A stretch of DNA of 64,000 nucleotides from Octopus vulgaris (Eukaryota): positions 22,196,001 to 22,260,000 of the forward strand of contig OX597829.1 of assembly GCA_951406725.2 (NCBI GenBank), given 5' to 3'. This document shows positions 1-13,156 of the stretch, in pieces (position 1 is the first letter of the stretch; each line of letters starts with the position of its first letter). The notes under the pieces are model-generated. The model was not told the DNA's origin and did not search any database. It saw only the letters and a list, made by a program, of their open reading frames with translations. The translations under genes were made by a program, and so were the position numbers.

Positions 1-249
1 TGAAAAATCCACACAGCCTTGGCTTTGTTTGTCTCATTTTATTTAATATATATATGTATATATACAATGATGCCAATCTGTCACAAGGTTTACCCACTTA
101 CAGTAGAATAGACTGGAATAATATGAAATGAAGTGTTTTGCTTAAGAACACAACATACCACCAGTATTAGAATCAACAGCATAACACCCTAACTTCTAGG
201 CCACACAGCTTAACTCTCACAAATGTATATATGCACATATATATGTACA

Positions 250-356
250 GGATAGGTAGGTAGACATGTAGGTAGGTTGGTAGATAGATAGACAGGCAGA
301 CAGTGGGACAGACTGATAGATAGATAGATAGACAGACAGATAGATAGATAGACTGG

Positions 357-390
<34 letters not shown>

Positions 391-460
391 GAGATAGATA
401 GATAAACTGATAGATAGATAGATAGATAAACTGATAGATAGATAAATAGGTAGATAGATG
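250..460. repeat. (GATA)n/(GACA)n/(GGTA)n compound microsatellite
   Basis: Directly visible tetranucleotide arrays. Similar arrays at 4738-4805 and 45495-45715. Confidence 0.95.
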
Positions 461-849
461 TGTTATTGAAGTTGATAGACCAGTGAAGTGTCAGAAGTAG
501 AGGCAGAGATTATTGTATTCTAATTATAGCCTATTGGAAGATAATCATGTTATGTTAGAGAAAAACAACTGTTTTCTGTTTTACAATCTTAACAAGGCCA
601 CAATCAAGCTTCTTTATGTTTAAATTTAAATGTTTAATGACTTCCAGTGGTAAAACATTGTAATGCATTGCATGTTCAGCTGCTTAATTTTTAGAAGTTA
701 AATTTTATTTTATTTATATTCCGTATTGGCTTAAATTTTTGGTAAGGTCTTAATAGGACATTTAATATTTGATCCTATCTATTTTATCACTGTGATGATA
801 GAAGTACACATGACATTTTTGTCAGTGTGAAAATGTGATAGACTACATG

Positions 850-1020
850 AGAAGGCTTGGCTGGAGACCCAACCTCCTCAGTTCTTTTACAGGGCTTCAA
901 AAAACTGAAGGATCACTGCAATAAGTTTGTGAATCTGGAAGAAGAATATGTTGAATAAAATCATGATTAACTGATCCTCCTGTATTTTCTTTTACTCAAA
1001 GGAACTTTTCAGTACCACCT
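850..1020 (+). mobile_element. Mariner-derived non-autonomous element, 3' end
   Basis: Encodes a decayed mariner transposase C-terminus (LQGFKKLKDHCNKFVNLEEEYVE*), then the TIR-like ggaacttttcagtaccacc followed closely by TA. Related copy on the - strand at 29418-29582; terminal fragment at 32409-32465. Confidence 0.75.
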
Positions 1021-1654
1021 TATATAAAGTGTGTATGTATGTCGGTGTATATAGTCAATGGGGTGCAGTATGTGTAACCTGTGATACCATATAGCAATGC
1101 ATGTAGAAGTCTGTATATTTTAATGTATGTAGAGATTTGTATGTAGTGTGTGTAAGATGTACGGTATATAATAATTGGATGTTGAAGGTTATATGAAGTG
1201 AAGGTATGCATGTGGTGTGTGAACGATATGTACTAGTGTATGCTAGTGAATATAGAGGACTCTGTGTGATGTAAAACCACATGAGGTGGAAGATTTGAGA
1301 TAGTGTAAAGTAGTATGTATGTGTAAGAACGGGCATGGTTGTGTATATATGGCTTTGAAACCCAGTCTGCATCATTATCTGAATTGTACAAAAGTTTTAA
1401 TCAACTGATCTTTAGTTACCCTGTTGCTGTTTTTTTTTTTTCTTTCTTTTCTTAGACTTTAACGTCGCTAAAAGTTCTTGTTTTCTAATTGTTGCATTAT
1501 TTCAGTTGATGGATTATTGCCTTCTCAAATATGTGAAATGTATCTAATATGAGGAATACTTCCCAGAGATATTTTTCTTCAGCCATATTGTTGATATCCA
1601 TAATCAATTTCACTATATTCTCCATACATACATACATACATACATATATATATA

Positions 1655-1900
1655 TCATCATCATTTAACATCCGCTTAGCATGGGTTGGACGATTTGACT
1701 GAGGTCTGGTGAATCAGACTCCAATCTGATTTGGCAGAGTTTCTGCAGCTGGATGCCCTTCCTAATGCCAACCACTCCGTGAGTGTAGTGGGTGCTTTTA
1801 CGTGTCACCAGCACTAGGGCCAGTTTGGTGGTACTGGCAACGGCCACGCTCAAATGGTGCTTTTTACGTGCCACCTGCACAGGAGCCAGTCCAGCAGCAC
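1655..1900 (-). mobile_element. Retroposon 3' tail family ending in (GAT)n (shared with the RTE LINE tail)
   Basis: Diagnostic ggttggcgttaggaagggcatccagc...ccaacccatgctagcatggaaagcggacgttaaacgatgatgat. Further copies at ~13730-13830, 17555-17680, 20050-20240, 26350-26485, 36350-36540 and 47404-47572. Confidence 0.8.
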
Positions 1901-1958
1901 TTAGACAGCTGTTTAGCAATGTATCAGAAAAAGGAAAACTATAATTGTCATTAAATAT

Positions 1959-2309
1959 GACTGAGGCTGTTAAAATAGCTACAATGCTAGAAATAAGAGC
2001 TTAAAGTGCTCTGATGTTGCAGTCAACATACATAATTATATACACATATACACACTGACAGCGACTATAAACAGCCAAAAATGGCAGTCCTTGTACTATC
2101 AACAAGGTCAGCACAACTCACCAGTTTCTAGACAACATTGTCAGCAGTCTTTAAGCCAAAACCATCAATGCTATAGGGATGTCATAACAGCCACTTTCAG
2201 CTGTTTTCTGTCGCTGTCAGTATGTATGTATACAATTGTGCATTGACTGCTGTAGCAGAGCACTTTAGCTCTTATTTCTAGCATTGTAGATATTCTAACA
2301 CCCTCTGTC
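1959..2309. mobile_element. Fold-back/MITE-like element with long imperfect terminal inverted repeats
   Basis: ctacaatgctagaaataagagcttaaagtgctctg pairs with cagagcactttagctcttatttctagcattgtag, and ctgacagcgac pairs with gtcgctgtcag. Arms are about 130 bp. Confidence 0.7.
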
Positions 2310-2312
2310 TTT

Positions 2313-2356
<44 letters not shown>

Positions 2357-3071
2357 ATAAAAATGGTAAGATAACAAAAGAAAGAAAGAGACCTCGATAT
2401 TATGTAAAATAGAGGAATTTATCAAATCTGTAAATCTGTAAACAGATATATAATAACAAAGGGTAAAATTAATTAATTAAGAATGTCCCACCCTCGCCTT
2501 TTAATCTTTCTGACTGGATAGAACATATGTTCACTAAAGAGATCTAATTAGATTGAAAATGTGTCTATTATTTTCACCATTTTGTTTTAAAGACTAGACC
2601 AGATCCACTCCCATTGTCTGTATTGTCTAAACGGTTTAGTGATGTGCTAGTTTTGAAGTTGGCACCTTTCCTTTTATCTTTTTTTTTTATTAAAGATTTT
2701 AAACATGTCTAAAAGAAATTTCTGTGTATTGTTTAGATGATGTCAGATAATTGAAGATTTTTTTTCAAATCAATATATTACCTATGTGAAATCCTACTCC
2801 GTTTTTTGTATAGAGAATGCTCCCTTTCCCAAGGCACTTTACCTTGGTCTTGTTGTTGACATGTAATTGTGTTTGTGTGTGTGCATGCACATGCATGTTT
2901 GTATTTATGTATATGTGTGTGCGCGTTGAGAAATCAGTTACGCTAAAGAGTCCTGAAATGTAATCATTATTTTTAAAAAATGAGAAAAACCAATAAGAGC
3001 AGCTGATTCTTAAGTAATTTAGGTGTATCAGATGTATTGAAGTAATTAGTGCTATGGTCAGACATGATTAA

Positions 3072-3303
3072 CCCATTAGCAATTAAACCAGTCATATTCA
3101 GCCAAAATATTGTATCTATTTTATGTTCAAACTGACCAGATCTAACTTCTCTCTCTCACACATACACACACCTTACAATGTCAGAGTAAAAATAAACTAT
3201 GACATCATTGAAATATCAAAGCTACAAGATAATACAGAATTAATTCAAAACAATATGAATAAATAAACTTTATATTTGACTGAATAGTCTGAATGTTGAA
3301 GGG
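3072..3303. mobile_element. piggyBac-type MITE
   Basis: TTAA on both flanks (3068-3071, 3304-3307) with CCC...GGG termini. Same family as 12937-13156, ~7200-7430 and ~10900-11118. Confidence 0.75.
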
Positions 3304-3457
3304 TTAAATGTGTTGTAGATATGAACATCCTGTCATCTTGGACATTACATATCTAGGACTACATTGATACATTATCCTGTATGTCCATCCCCCCTTTTTG
3401 AGATTGATTTGGATGTTATTTCAAGCAACCATGTGGTAATTTCCCTACTTGACTGAG

Positions 3458-3745
3458 CATGTCTTGTGAGTGGATTTGGGAGACGGAAACTGAAAGAAGC
3501 CCATCGTATATATGTGTGTGTGTATGTGTTTGTGTGTCTGTGTTTGTCCCCCTAGCATTGCTTGACAACTGATGCTGGTGTGTTTATGTCCCCGTTACTT
3601 AGCGGTTCGGCAAAAGAGACCGATAGAATAAGTACTGGGCTTACAAAAGAATAAGTCCTGGGGTCGAGTTGCTCGATTAAAGGTGGTGCTCCAGCATGGC
3701 CACAGTCAAATGACTGAAATAAGTAAAAGAGAAAAGAGTAAGAGT
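3458..3745 (+). mobile_element. tRNA-derived SINE family A, 5'-truncated
   Basis: Body gtgagtggatttggtagacggaaactgaaagaagccc, internal (TG)n, 3' ...ggtgctccagcatggccacagtcaaatgactgaaa-(aagagt) tail. Confidence 0.9.
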
Positions 3746-4222
3746 ATGTGATGTGCTGGAAGTTGTAGAAAGTTCTGTAGTCCGTGTTGTGATAGCATTG
3801 TGTTCAGAGATAAAGAAGGAGAGGTGTATCGTTTTCAGTTATTTCCTCTTTGTACAAATAGAAGACATTTGATAGTGCATGGCAGTGAAATGTGGGCATG
3901 TAATGTATGAAAGTGTGTGTTTTGGGAGTCAATGTTGAGAACCTTATACTTTGTATAAGGTGTGTCATGATGTATGGCAGTGTATATAGAAGGTGTGTTA
4001 AGATGTGTCGTGGTGTATGGTACTGTATATAGATGACTGTGTTTGGATATATGATGATGATGATATATGGTAGTAAACATAAAGGGTTACATATGACCCT
4101 TTACATTAACTATCTTACACTGTCCACACACACACACGAATGTATAAGTTGGTGTATGGTTATGCAGACGACTGTATGAAGTATGTGTTAGCTGTATGTT
4201 GAAGCATGGTAAGGTATGTGGA

Positions 4223-4267
<45 letters not shown>

Positions 4268-5108
4268 GTGCTGGATATGCTGTTGTTCATTAGATTATAT
4301 AAGGTGTAAGATGTGTGACGCTGTGTTTATGATGCGATGGTTTTATATGAGGGAATGTAGAGGAGTATCTGTGGAATACTAGATGGCAGATATTGTATGC
4401 ACATGCTTACACACACACACACACACACGTGCATAAGTGTGCGTGCTTATTTGAATTAGTTTGCAAATGTGCACATTCAAGCATGCTTCTTTGTCTATAA
4501 ATATAAATACATTTTATTTGCAAAGGAGCTTTCTTTCAATCTCTTCATACGTTTCTCATTCGATACCCTGACCCCAACGTTTGTTTTGTCTGTCCCCGTA
4601 TTGTCCCCTCTTTTTCTCAACCTTATGGTGAATAAAGAAATACTCTCTCTCTCTCTCCTCACATGTCTTTTCTACATATCTATCTTTCACATACATATAC
4701 ATATATCTTATTTTCACACACGTGTGTATATAGGTGGATTGATAGATAGATAGATCGATAGATAGATAGACAGAGAGACAGGCAGGCAGACAGACAGATA
4801 GATATAATTCACCTATGTATTTATTTATTTCACTCACACACATATATATATATCTTTCTCACATGTACATACATCTATTTTTTACATTTATCTATACTAT
4901 ATTGTTTAAATATGTGTCCAAAGCCTTACAAAAATGTCTAGGACAAAAGATTATTATAATATTTAAAGTAAACATTTTTTGTTAAAATACTTTAAATTAT
5001 CACATTTAATATGTTTAAGCTGCTTATCTTTTTTATCCCAGTGGATAGAATTTTATTCTGATTTATCCTTCTTACTTTTAACATCTTATTAACCCCCTTT
5101 TTTCCATA

Positions 5109-6004
5109 ATTGAATTCAAGGTAACAAGAATGAAATATCAGTTCTGAATAAAGATATAACAACTGCTAATTGTTTAGAGTCAACAGATCTGTCTTTTATT
5201 CAAACACTTTAAGTAGGACTACATAATCTAATGTGTCTGTTCAATTTTTTTAAACAGAGTATGCTTTGAGGGAAATTTAGGTGCTGTTTCTATATTTGTC
5301 CTTGTGATCCAAGTGCTTGTCTTAGTGCAAAATTCTTAGCAAATGTAGGTTCAAGTTGATACTTGGCAAATATCTTTGGATTAGAGTTTAAGATAGAAGA
5401 TAAAGACAAACATAACTGCTATTTGTGAAACTATATATTAAAGAATAGGATTTATCCTTCTGGTTTACAGTATTACAATCCATGTTCTCTTATTATTATC
5501 AATATGTTTTTTTTTTCCTCCTGCCTCACATTATTTCTGTATACAATGACACTTGAACCTTGACTATTGTCAGCAATGACATAACTTCAGTAGGTTTCAT
5601 GATCTGTTCTTTAAATACGGTCTTTCTGTCTCTTAAGATTTAGAACCAAAACATATTGCCATTGGATAGTATACAAATTTGACTTACCCCAATTCAAACA
5701 CCTTTATTGAGAGAGTCTCATCATAGTCAAGGTACTGGCTAAACAGGTTGTTCCTAAACACTTAACATCAACAACAGCTACAAGCCAATGAAACAGCATC
5801 TGTTCAGTCACTCTACCTGCTAGAAAGAGCACCTAAATTTCCCTCAAAGCATACTCTGTTTAAAAAAATTGAACAGACACATTAGATTATGTAGTCCTAC
5901 TTAAAGTGTTTGAATAAAAGACAGATCTGTTGACTCTAAACAATTAGCAGTTGTTATATCTTTATTCAGAACTGATATTTCATTCTTGTTACCTTGAATT
6001 CAAT
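5109..6004. repeat. Near-perfect long inverted repeat (184-bp arms, 528-bp spacer)
   Basis: 5109-5292 is the reverse complement of 5821-6004, with one mismatch found by eye. Confidence 0.92.
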
Positions 6005-6895
6005 AATTATTTCTGATGGATACAAGAGATGAAAATACAGTAAAATCGCATTTATCAAACTTGTTCAGTTTCATTCATCATTTCATTTATATCTATTATT
6101 TATTTATTTACTTATTTACTGTATACAGCTAATTTTATTTTATGTTATGTTATGTCCATCCACTTCAGCTCATCATTTTGTTTCCACTGTAGGCACAAGG
6201 CCTCACATTTTGTGGGAGTAAGGGGGATAGGGCTAGCCGATTACATCAACCCCAGTGCTCAACTGGTGCTTATTTCTCTGACACCCCCGCCATCACCACC
6301 AAAAGGTAAAGTCAGCCTCGTCAGAATTTGAACTCAGAACCTAAGGATGGATGAAATGCCACTAAGCATTTTTCCTAGCTTGCTAACGATTCTGACAGCT
6401 CACTACCTCGCCATTTTAATGATTTTTCTCTTTACATTTTCATGTTACAACAATAAGAATGCCTTTTGTTCCATTCAATCAGAGGCTTTGTCTCAGTTTA
6501 AGATTCTATAGCCTTCACACAAACATAGCATTGTGCATATGATCATTTAATCTGCTAAAAATAGCAGCCAATTAACTCAAACTGCAAACTACCATCTTAG
6601 ACCAGACAAAAGGAGAGAGCACATTAGATAATATAGTTTTTGATACAATAAAAGAGATGGTCATGTTTAGAATGCTTGCTTCCTCAGAATTGACTGAGAC
6701 TGAGCAACAACAGCAGCAAACAGAAATCCCTTTTTATTGATCATTGTTATAACATCTCTTTATTTTTTATTTTTTCCATGTGATGTGGTTTCACTGTGGT
6801 AGCTTAAGTGCCGTAAAACATTTTGACAAAGCTTTCTTTGAAATGATATCACATCTGTGATACTCACCATTCCAAGATCAACCCTCCCACTCCTC

Positions 6896-7001
6896 GAGGA
6901 ATTATTTACATTATTTACATTTGACGGATATTTGTCTTCATCTTGGTTAAGAGCACGGGCAATAGTAACCCCTAGATTCCGAGTTCGATTCCAGGCAGTG
7001 A

Positions 7002-7037
<36 letters not shown>

Positions 7038-7166
7038 CAACATTGAAAAATACCTTAGGAATGAGAACCCAGGTTCAAAATTTCCCCAAGAAACCTGATG
7101 AAGGCTGGAGGGTATATCAGCCGAAACGTGTTAACAACAAAGGACAAATATCCATCAAATGTAAAT
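6896..7166 (+). mobile_element. tRNA-headed SINE-like element with hammerhead-like motif and inverted copy of its own tail
   Basis: tRNA-like head 6944-7005 (B box GAGTTCGATTC at 6981-6991), (AAT)n, then CTGATGA-A-GGCTG..CAGCC-GAAACGT at 7095-7129. Tail ggacaaatatccatcaaatgtaaat; its reverse complement sits at 6896-6945. A second, headless copy is at 13875-14010. Confidence 0.8.
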
Positions 7167-7755
7167 TTAGTTTTTATGTTGTTTTTTTTAAATAATTTAA
7201 TTGATAAATTTTACCATGGCAACTGTCTTTTCAAATGTAAAGCTTATTTATTCACATTATTTTGAATTAATCATGCATTATCTCACAGCTTTGAGATTTC
7301 GATGATGTGATTGTTTGTTTATTCTTAGAATGACATTGTAAGGTAGGTGTGAGAGGCCAGATCTCGCCAGTTTTAACATAAAATAGGAAGACTATTTGAG
7401 TCGGGTATCACAGGTTTAAAAGCTAAAGGGTTAATGTGACAATGACTAATTAGTAAATGAACATCAGTCAAGTATTCATTTAATTTTATTCATCTTTTTT
7501 TTTGTTGTTTTTAAATACAAAACTTTTATAAGAAAACATTATTTCTTTATTTTAGTCTCAAAGCAGGATTATCATGAAATTTTTGTGTACTTTTGATATA
7601 AATTATCTTAAAATCTGATGAAGGGAAAAAATATATCTAGTCTGTAATTAAATTAAAAAGTTACAATATTTTCATTCTTGATATTTCATCTTTTTTGAAT
7701 TTGTTTATAATGAGCTTTGAAGTGTTTAGCCACTTTTAATAATAAGTTTTACACT

Positions 7756-7789
<34 letters not shown>

Positions 7790-8957
7790 CCATCACCATT
7801 ATTTAATGTCAGTTTTCTATACTGGCATGGGATGGATGGATGGTTTGATAGGATCCAGTGAGCTTATATTTATTTATTTATTTTTTACATTCATGGGTTC
7901 AAGAACTCATACTAAATAATGTCTTGTTTTATTGTGTTCCTCATAATCATACTTCAGTGATTTCTGGAATATTCTGCTTTCATATGTTGTTTTATACAAA
8001 TGGTTTGATGATCTTTTCAGTTTGGAAACTAGAATTCTCTTGCTAAAGAAACAAACCCTTCATAAAGCATTGTAATTAATGAGCTACTAACAATTATAGT
8101 CCTGTCATTAATATTTTATATTGTTTTAACTTAGTTTTTGTAGATTTGTTTTTTTTTTAATCATATTTTGCAAACATTATCTCAACAATGACAAAAATCA
8201 AAGAAATATGTTTGCAGATTTAATTAATCATATTCATAATTTATTATTTGAAATTTGATTGAGAATTCATTATGATGAGTGAGAGGAATTGAGTAAGAAA
8301 ATTTATTAGATTAATTAATATACTCTGTTAAATTATTGAAAATACTACTGCTGATGATGGTGATGATAATTGTTTGAAACTTTGGTATAAAGCTAGCAAT
8401 TTTGGTGGGAGGGGTACTTGACAGCTACTTTATTTTATTGAAGCTAGAATGATAAAAGCAAAATTGACCTTTGTGTAATTTGAACTCGGAACTTAAGGCA
8501 TCAAAAAAATAAATAAATAAATAAATAAAATAAAATAAAAATGCCACTAAGCATTCTGTCTGACATGTTAACAATTCTGTCAGCTTGCCATCTTAATAAT
8601 AATAATAACAACAACAACAACAGATGATAATAACAGAGTTCAAATCCCAACAATTAATAATAATAATGGTTTCTGATTCAACAAAATCTTATAACATTCT
8701 GGGGTTAGGTAATAAATAAAAACCAGTTTATTTAATTTTATTTAAAAATTTAGTTCTCAATTTACTTTGACTTTTTATTGTTTCTATGACATTTAAAAAA
8801 TATTAGGTTTTTTTCTTTTTTTTTTTTGTCTGTTTAAAAATGAATTCAAATTTGAAAATTTTATGTCAGATAAAGAAAAAGTTACCTTAATTTTTTTCAG
8901 TTTCCTAGAATAGAAGAATTTTTGTTAGAGAAGTACTCTGGTAAAGAAGTACTTTCT

Positions 8958-9194
8958 TATTTCTTTATTGTCTACCAGAGGCTAAACATAGAGGAGACAA
9001 ACAAGGACAGACAACGGGATTAAGTCGATTATATCGACCCCAGTGCATAACTGGTACACAATTTATCGACCCCGAAAGGATGAAAGGCAAAATTGACCTT
9101 GGCGGAATTTGAACTCAGAACATAAAGTCAGGTGAAATACCGCTAAGCATTTCACCCGGCATGCTAACGTTTCTGCCAGCTCGCCGCCTTGCAG
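8958..9194 (-). mobile_element. SINE family B with Meta-like domain, full length
   Basis: Reverse complement of ggcggcgagctggcagaaacgttagc...tttgcctttcatcctttcggggtcgataaa. 15-bp target-site duplication aaagaagtactttct at 8943-8957 and 9195-9209. Confidence 0.9.
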
Positions 9195-11413
9195 AAAGAA
9201 GTACTTTCTGTTGAAGAGAAGTACTTGTTCAGATTTGAGCAGATTTAAGATATGGTGGTTTAGTAATATCACCACAGGTTTTGCTAGTGACTACTGAGAA
9301 CTGTAATTGTCTTTTATTGTGATTAGTAGAGAGAAATGACAAACGGCAGGGCAGGTAAGATAGAGGAAGAGTTTGAAGAGAAAGTTGTGAGGAGAGTTTG
9401 TTGAAGCAGTAACAGTGAAAGATAGGAGGGAAAAAAAAGGAACAAAATAGAGAGGCTGATGAATTGATGCAGATGTACAGTCGTGCACAGATGCATGCGT
9501 AGGTCACATGCACATGCATAAACACGCACATATTATACATACATAGATTAGGAACTATAATAGTTTGTTGTGGTGATATGCTGGCTGGGTGTTAGTTAAT
9601 GAAGGTGATGGTGGTGGTTGTAAGTAGTAAATAGATAACATTGAGCAATTTATTTCTTCATTTTTGTGGACTGAAATTTACAAACAAGTACCAAATTATT
9701 TAATGCACCTTATTGTAAATATCTGTGGCCATTGGGCAATGCCATTGAGCCATCACCACCACCTCCACCATTACCTATGACTATCAACAACAAGCAACAT
9801 ATAAACATCATCACCATCACTACCATTTACCATTGTCAGCTCTTTTTTTTTTTCTCTAGTTTTTTGCTCTACATCTTTGTGAATGCTAATTTCTCCTGCT
9901 TCTCCTTGGTCTCTTCGTTTCTATTTGAGTTACTTCCCTTAGCACCACACAAGAGGTAGGTAGATAGATAGGTAAGTAGGTAGGTAGATGGGTGGGTGGG
10001 TGATTAGTGTGCTATTGCAATTCAGGATGATATCTTTCTTTTCAAATACTTCAGTTATTGCCTGATATTTTTACAGTACTATCTGTAATGGTCTGTTAGC
10101 CACTATTGATACATTTCACTTACAAACATTTTTATAATTTTCATGTAAAATAAATAAATAAATAACTAAACCAAGACAAACACTGTTTTTCACTTTACAA
10201 GGCCTAACTACAGTTAAAGAAAGTTCTCAGGGAAAGGTAATTGTTTGGAATGCAGCATTCTGAAGAATGATGGAAAAGTGCTAAGAATAAATAGTAATAT
10301 AATGTAATATAATATTATCAACATTGCTACTGAATGAGAAAATTTAAGAATTGAGATCTGATGGATTTTGCTTAATCTACCATTTAATTAGAAATTCTTA
10401 GTCAATACTAAAGTTTTTATTTTTATTTTTTTCGCAGTAACAGTTAATATTATCTGTATTTCTGGAAAAAAAATGTTACTCATAATAATTTAGACAAATG
10501 TGAAGTGTAATAAGATAAGTTCTTTTATATATGCATTTCTGCAGCATAGCTCCTAGTTTAGTTGCATCAGGTAGTGTTACAAAGAATGTGTTCAAGGGAG
10601 CTAACTATAGGGGGCTAAAACTGATGTAGGTTAGTAGCTATGTTGGTGCAATGTGATAGTTAAAATGGAACAGTTCAGGTGTCAACACAGTCTCTTCCCT
10701 CCAGAAGTACCTCTGTCTAGAACTCACTACCTGCTGGCATTTCCTCTGTCTGTCGACTGCAAATTTCTCTCTTTCCCATGTGTAGGTTGATGGGGACGAA
10801 AATATAACTTTTCTTATAGAGAAACAAACTCTCTGAAATAATATTTCCACCAATCACATGCAAACTTCTTGCAACACCAAGTTGTGGACAATTTCAGTAC
10901 TTTAAACTTTTAGCATTCAAATTTTTTTTCTGTCAAAAGTAATGCTATTATTTTGAATTAATTATTCATTATCCTGTAGCTTTGAGATTTTGATGAGGTA
11001 ATTGTTAATTTTTAGAATGACATTATCGAGTTGGTGTGATAAGCCAAATCTGGCCACTTTATGCATAAAGCAGGTAGAATACTTTGGCCGGATTAGGCTG
11101 GTTTAAATGCTAAAAGGTTAAAGCAAAAATGGCTGTATTTTTAAAATAGATTCATTTTTTTGGTTTTTACATCACATCTGTTTTTGCATGCTGGCATGAG
11201 TTGGAGAGATATTTATTTGAAACAGTATTTATATGACTAGATGCTCTTACTCTTTACATGTTTAACAAGTAAGGGATTTTTGGGTTTTTTCACATTATAT
11301 TCCATCAAACTTGGAAACCACAGAACATACTGTCCTGAATTGTTAATTCATATTTTTGTGTTGCATTATTTTTTCCACTTAACTCATAGTGTCTTCTTAT
11401 TTTATTCTTGCAG

Positions 11414-11619
11414 GACTCAGGCCGAAATGGCCCACACATGTCGGGGTACAATAAACTTGGCCAATGCCTTTATTCATACTGAAGACTCATGCACCTTTGT
11501 TATTACAAATGGAGGTACTCAAAGCTTTCACCTAAGAGCTAGTTCTGAAGTAGAACGTCAGAAATGGGTGACAGCTCTTGAATTAGCCAAAGCCAAAGCT
11601 ATTCAAATTTTGGAATCAG
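11414..11619 (+). CDS. OSBP: Internal exon of oxysterol-binding protein (OSBP/OSBP2-like), C-terminal half of the PH domain
   Basis: Translates as (R)TQAEMAHTCRGTINLANAFIHTEDSCTFVITNGGTQSFHLRASSEVERQKWVTALELAKAKAIQILES. This closely resembles the OSBP PH motif ..AEMRHTCRGTINL..SSEVERQRWVTALELAKAKA. Pyrimidine tract and ttgcag acceptor end at 11413 (phase 2); donor cag|gtattt follows 11619 (phase 1). Confidence 0.96.
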
Positions 11620-12936
11620 GTATTTTACATTTTTGTTGTTGTTGTTGTTGTTGCTATTTAGATTGTTTCTATTCTATTTTAAAACTTTTTTCATTCAACT
11701 AAAAATTCTCCAAGGTGTTGCCCCAGTAAATAAAAGATAGAAGATTGTGGAATTGGTTGATTAAACTTAATGATTGATTGACTGCTGTTTGTTAGAAAGT
11801 CGGTTAATATTTGCAATCTAAGTTAAAACTCATTTAATTGGCTCTATGGACCTCATCCGTTTATTTATAAACCTTGTAGAAATGTGTGTGTTTTGTGTGC
11901 ATGCAAGCAAGTATGTATGTGTGTGTTGTGTGGCTTGTGTGCATACAAACTCACACACATTCATTGACTCTCTCTGCCTTACTTTTACTAAAGTAAGCAC
12001 ATATTCCCACATGTGCACTTTTGAGATCCCCCCCCCAAACCTTAAAAAAAAACTTGTCCTTTCATATATATATGTGATATGTTCATGTTCAGCAGCTAGA
12101 GGAATCCATCAAATCAATTCTGACACCTGGAGATCTCTTGTGGGTATCCATGTCCACAAGGCTTTCCAGATGTATTAGAAATGGTTTATCATTGTCTTCC
12201 TCTGGATTTTAGTTTCCCTTTCAGCAGTGATTGCATTTGGTATCTATTTACTGGTAGGTGAAGTACTGAGCCAGTTTGACAGCTAAGTATTACAGCTAAC
12301 AATATAATTATATGACAGGATATGCATCTGACCTGTCAGTCTGATACCATGTCTATTTGACCATCTATATAAGTCAGTCAATATCTATATATCAGTTCAA
12401 TCAACAGACTTCTATAGCAGTTTCTGTATCAGATTTTCACAAAGAAGATTTTGACTGATGTGAGACCATGATAGAAGAGTCTTACTTAAGGTGCCATGCA
12501 ATGAAATGAGACTCAGCATTGCCTCATTGTGTAGTGAAGTTCTTAACAACACAAACATCCCTACACTAACTATATTCAATATAGTTGTGAGAGTAAAATA
12601 TTGTAAGGAAGAATAAAAATCTTTTGAGATGGAGGTTCAGACATAGGTTTGTGGTTAAGAGTTTACTTCGCAACTACATCGGTGTTCCACATTTAATTCT
12701 ACTGTGTATCACATTTTGGCAAGTGACTTTTACTGTAGCCTCAGGCTGACCAATGCTGTGTGAGTGGAATTTGGTAAATTGGAAACTCTGTAGAAACTCA
12801 TTGTGTGTGTGTATATGTACTGGTGTACTAATTTGTGCTCCTTTATGTCAAAAAGTAACTTAGCCATTTGACAAATAAAGACAGATAAAATAAGTTGCAA
12901 ACTGAAACAAGTGCCAGGATCAATATGATTCATTAA

Positions 12937-13156
12937 CCCTTTAGTGTTTAAACCAGTTATATCTGGCCTAAATATTCTATTCATTTTATGCTCAAGCTGG
13001 CCAGAACCAGTATCTCACACCTACCCTGCAATGTAATTCTAAAAATAAACAGTTACATCTTTCAAATCTTGAAGCTACAAGATAATACCAGATTAATTTT
13101 TTAAAATATAAATGAATAAGGATTACTTCTGACATATTAATTTGAACACTAAAGGG
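12937..13156. mobile_element. piggyBac-type MITE nested in a diverged family A SINE (~12640-13222)
   Basis: TTAA|ccctttagtgtt ... aacactaaaggg|TTAA: perfect 12-bp TIR with TTAA duplication. The SINE sequence resumes on both sides. Confidence 0.85.

Noticed and set aside
1020-1375. Overlapping His/Thr/Tyr-rich minus-strand ORFs (also 3835-4290)
   Set aside because: Degenerate TG/TA-rich low-complexity DNA with no splice or homology support.
11241-11702. 153-aa ORF as a complete gene
   Set aside because: Only 11414-11619 is OSBP-like and bounded by splice sites. The rest is intronic read-through.
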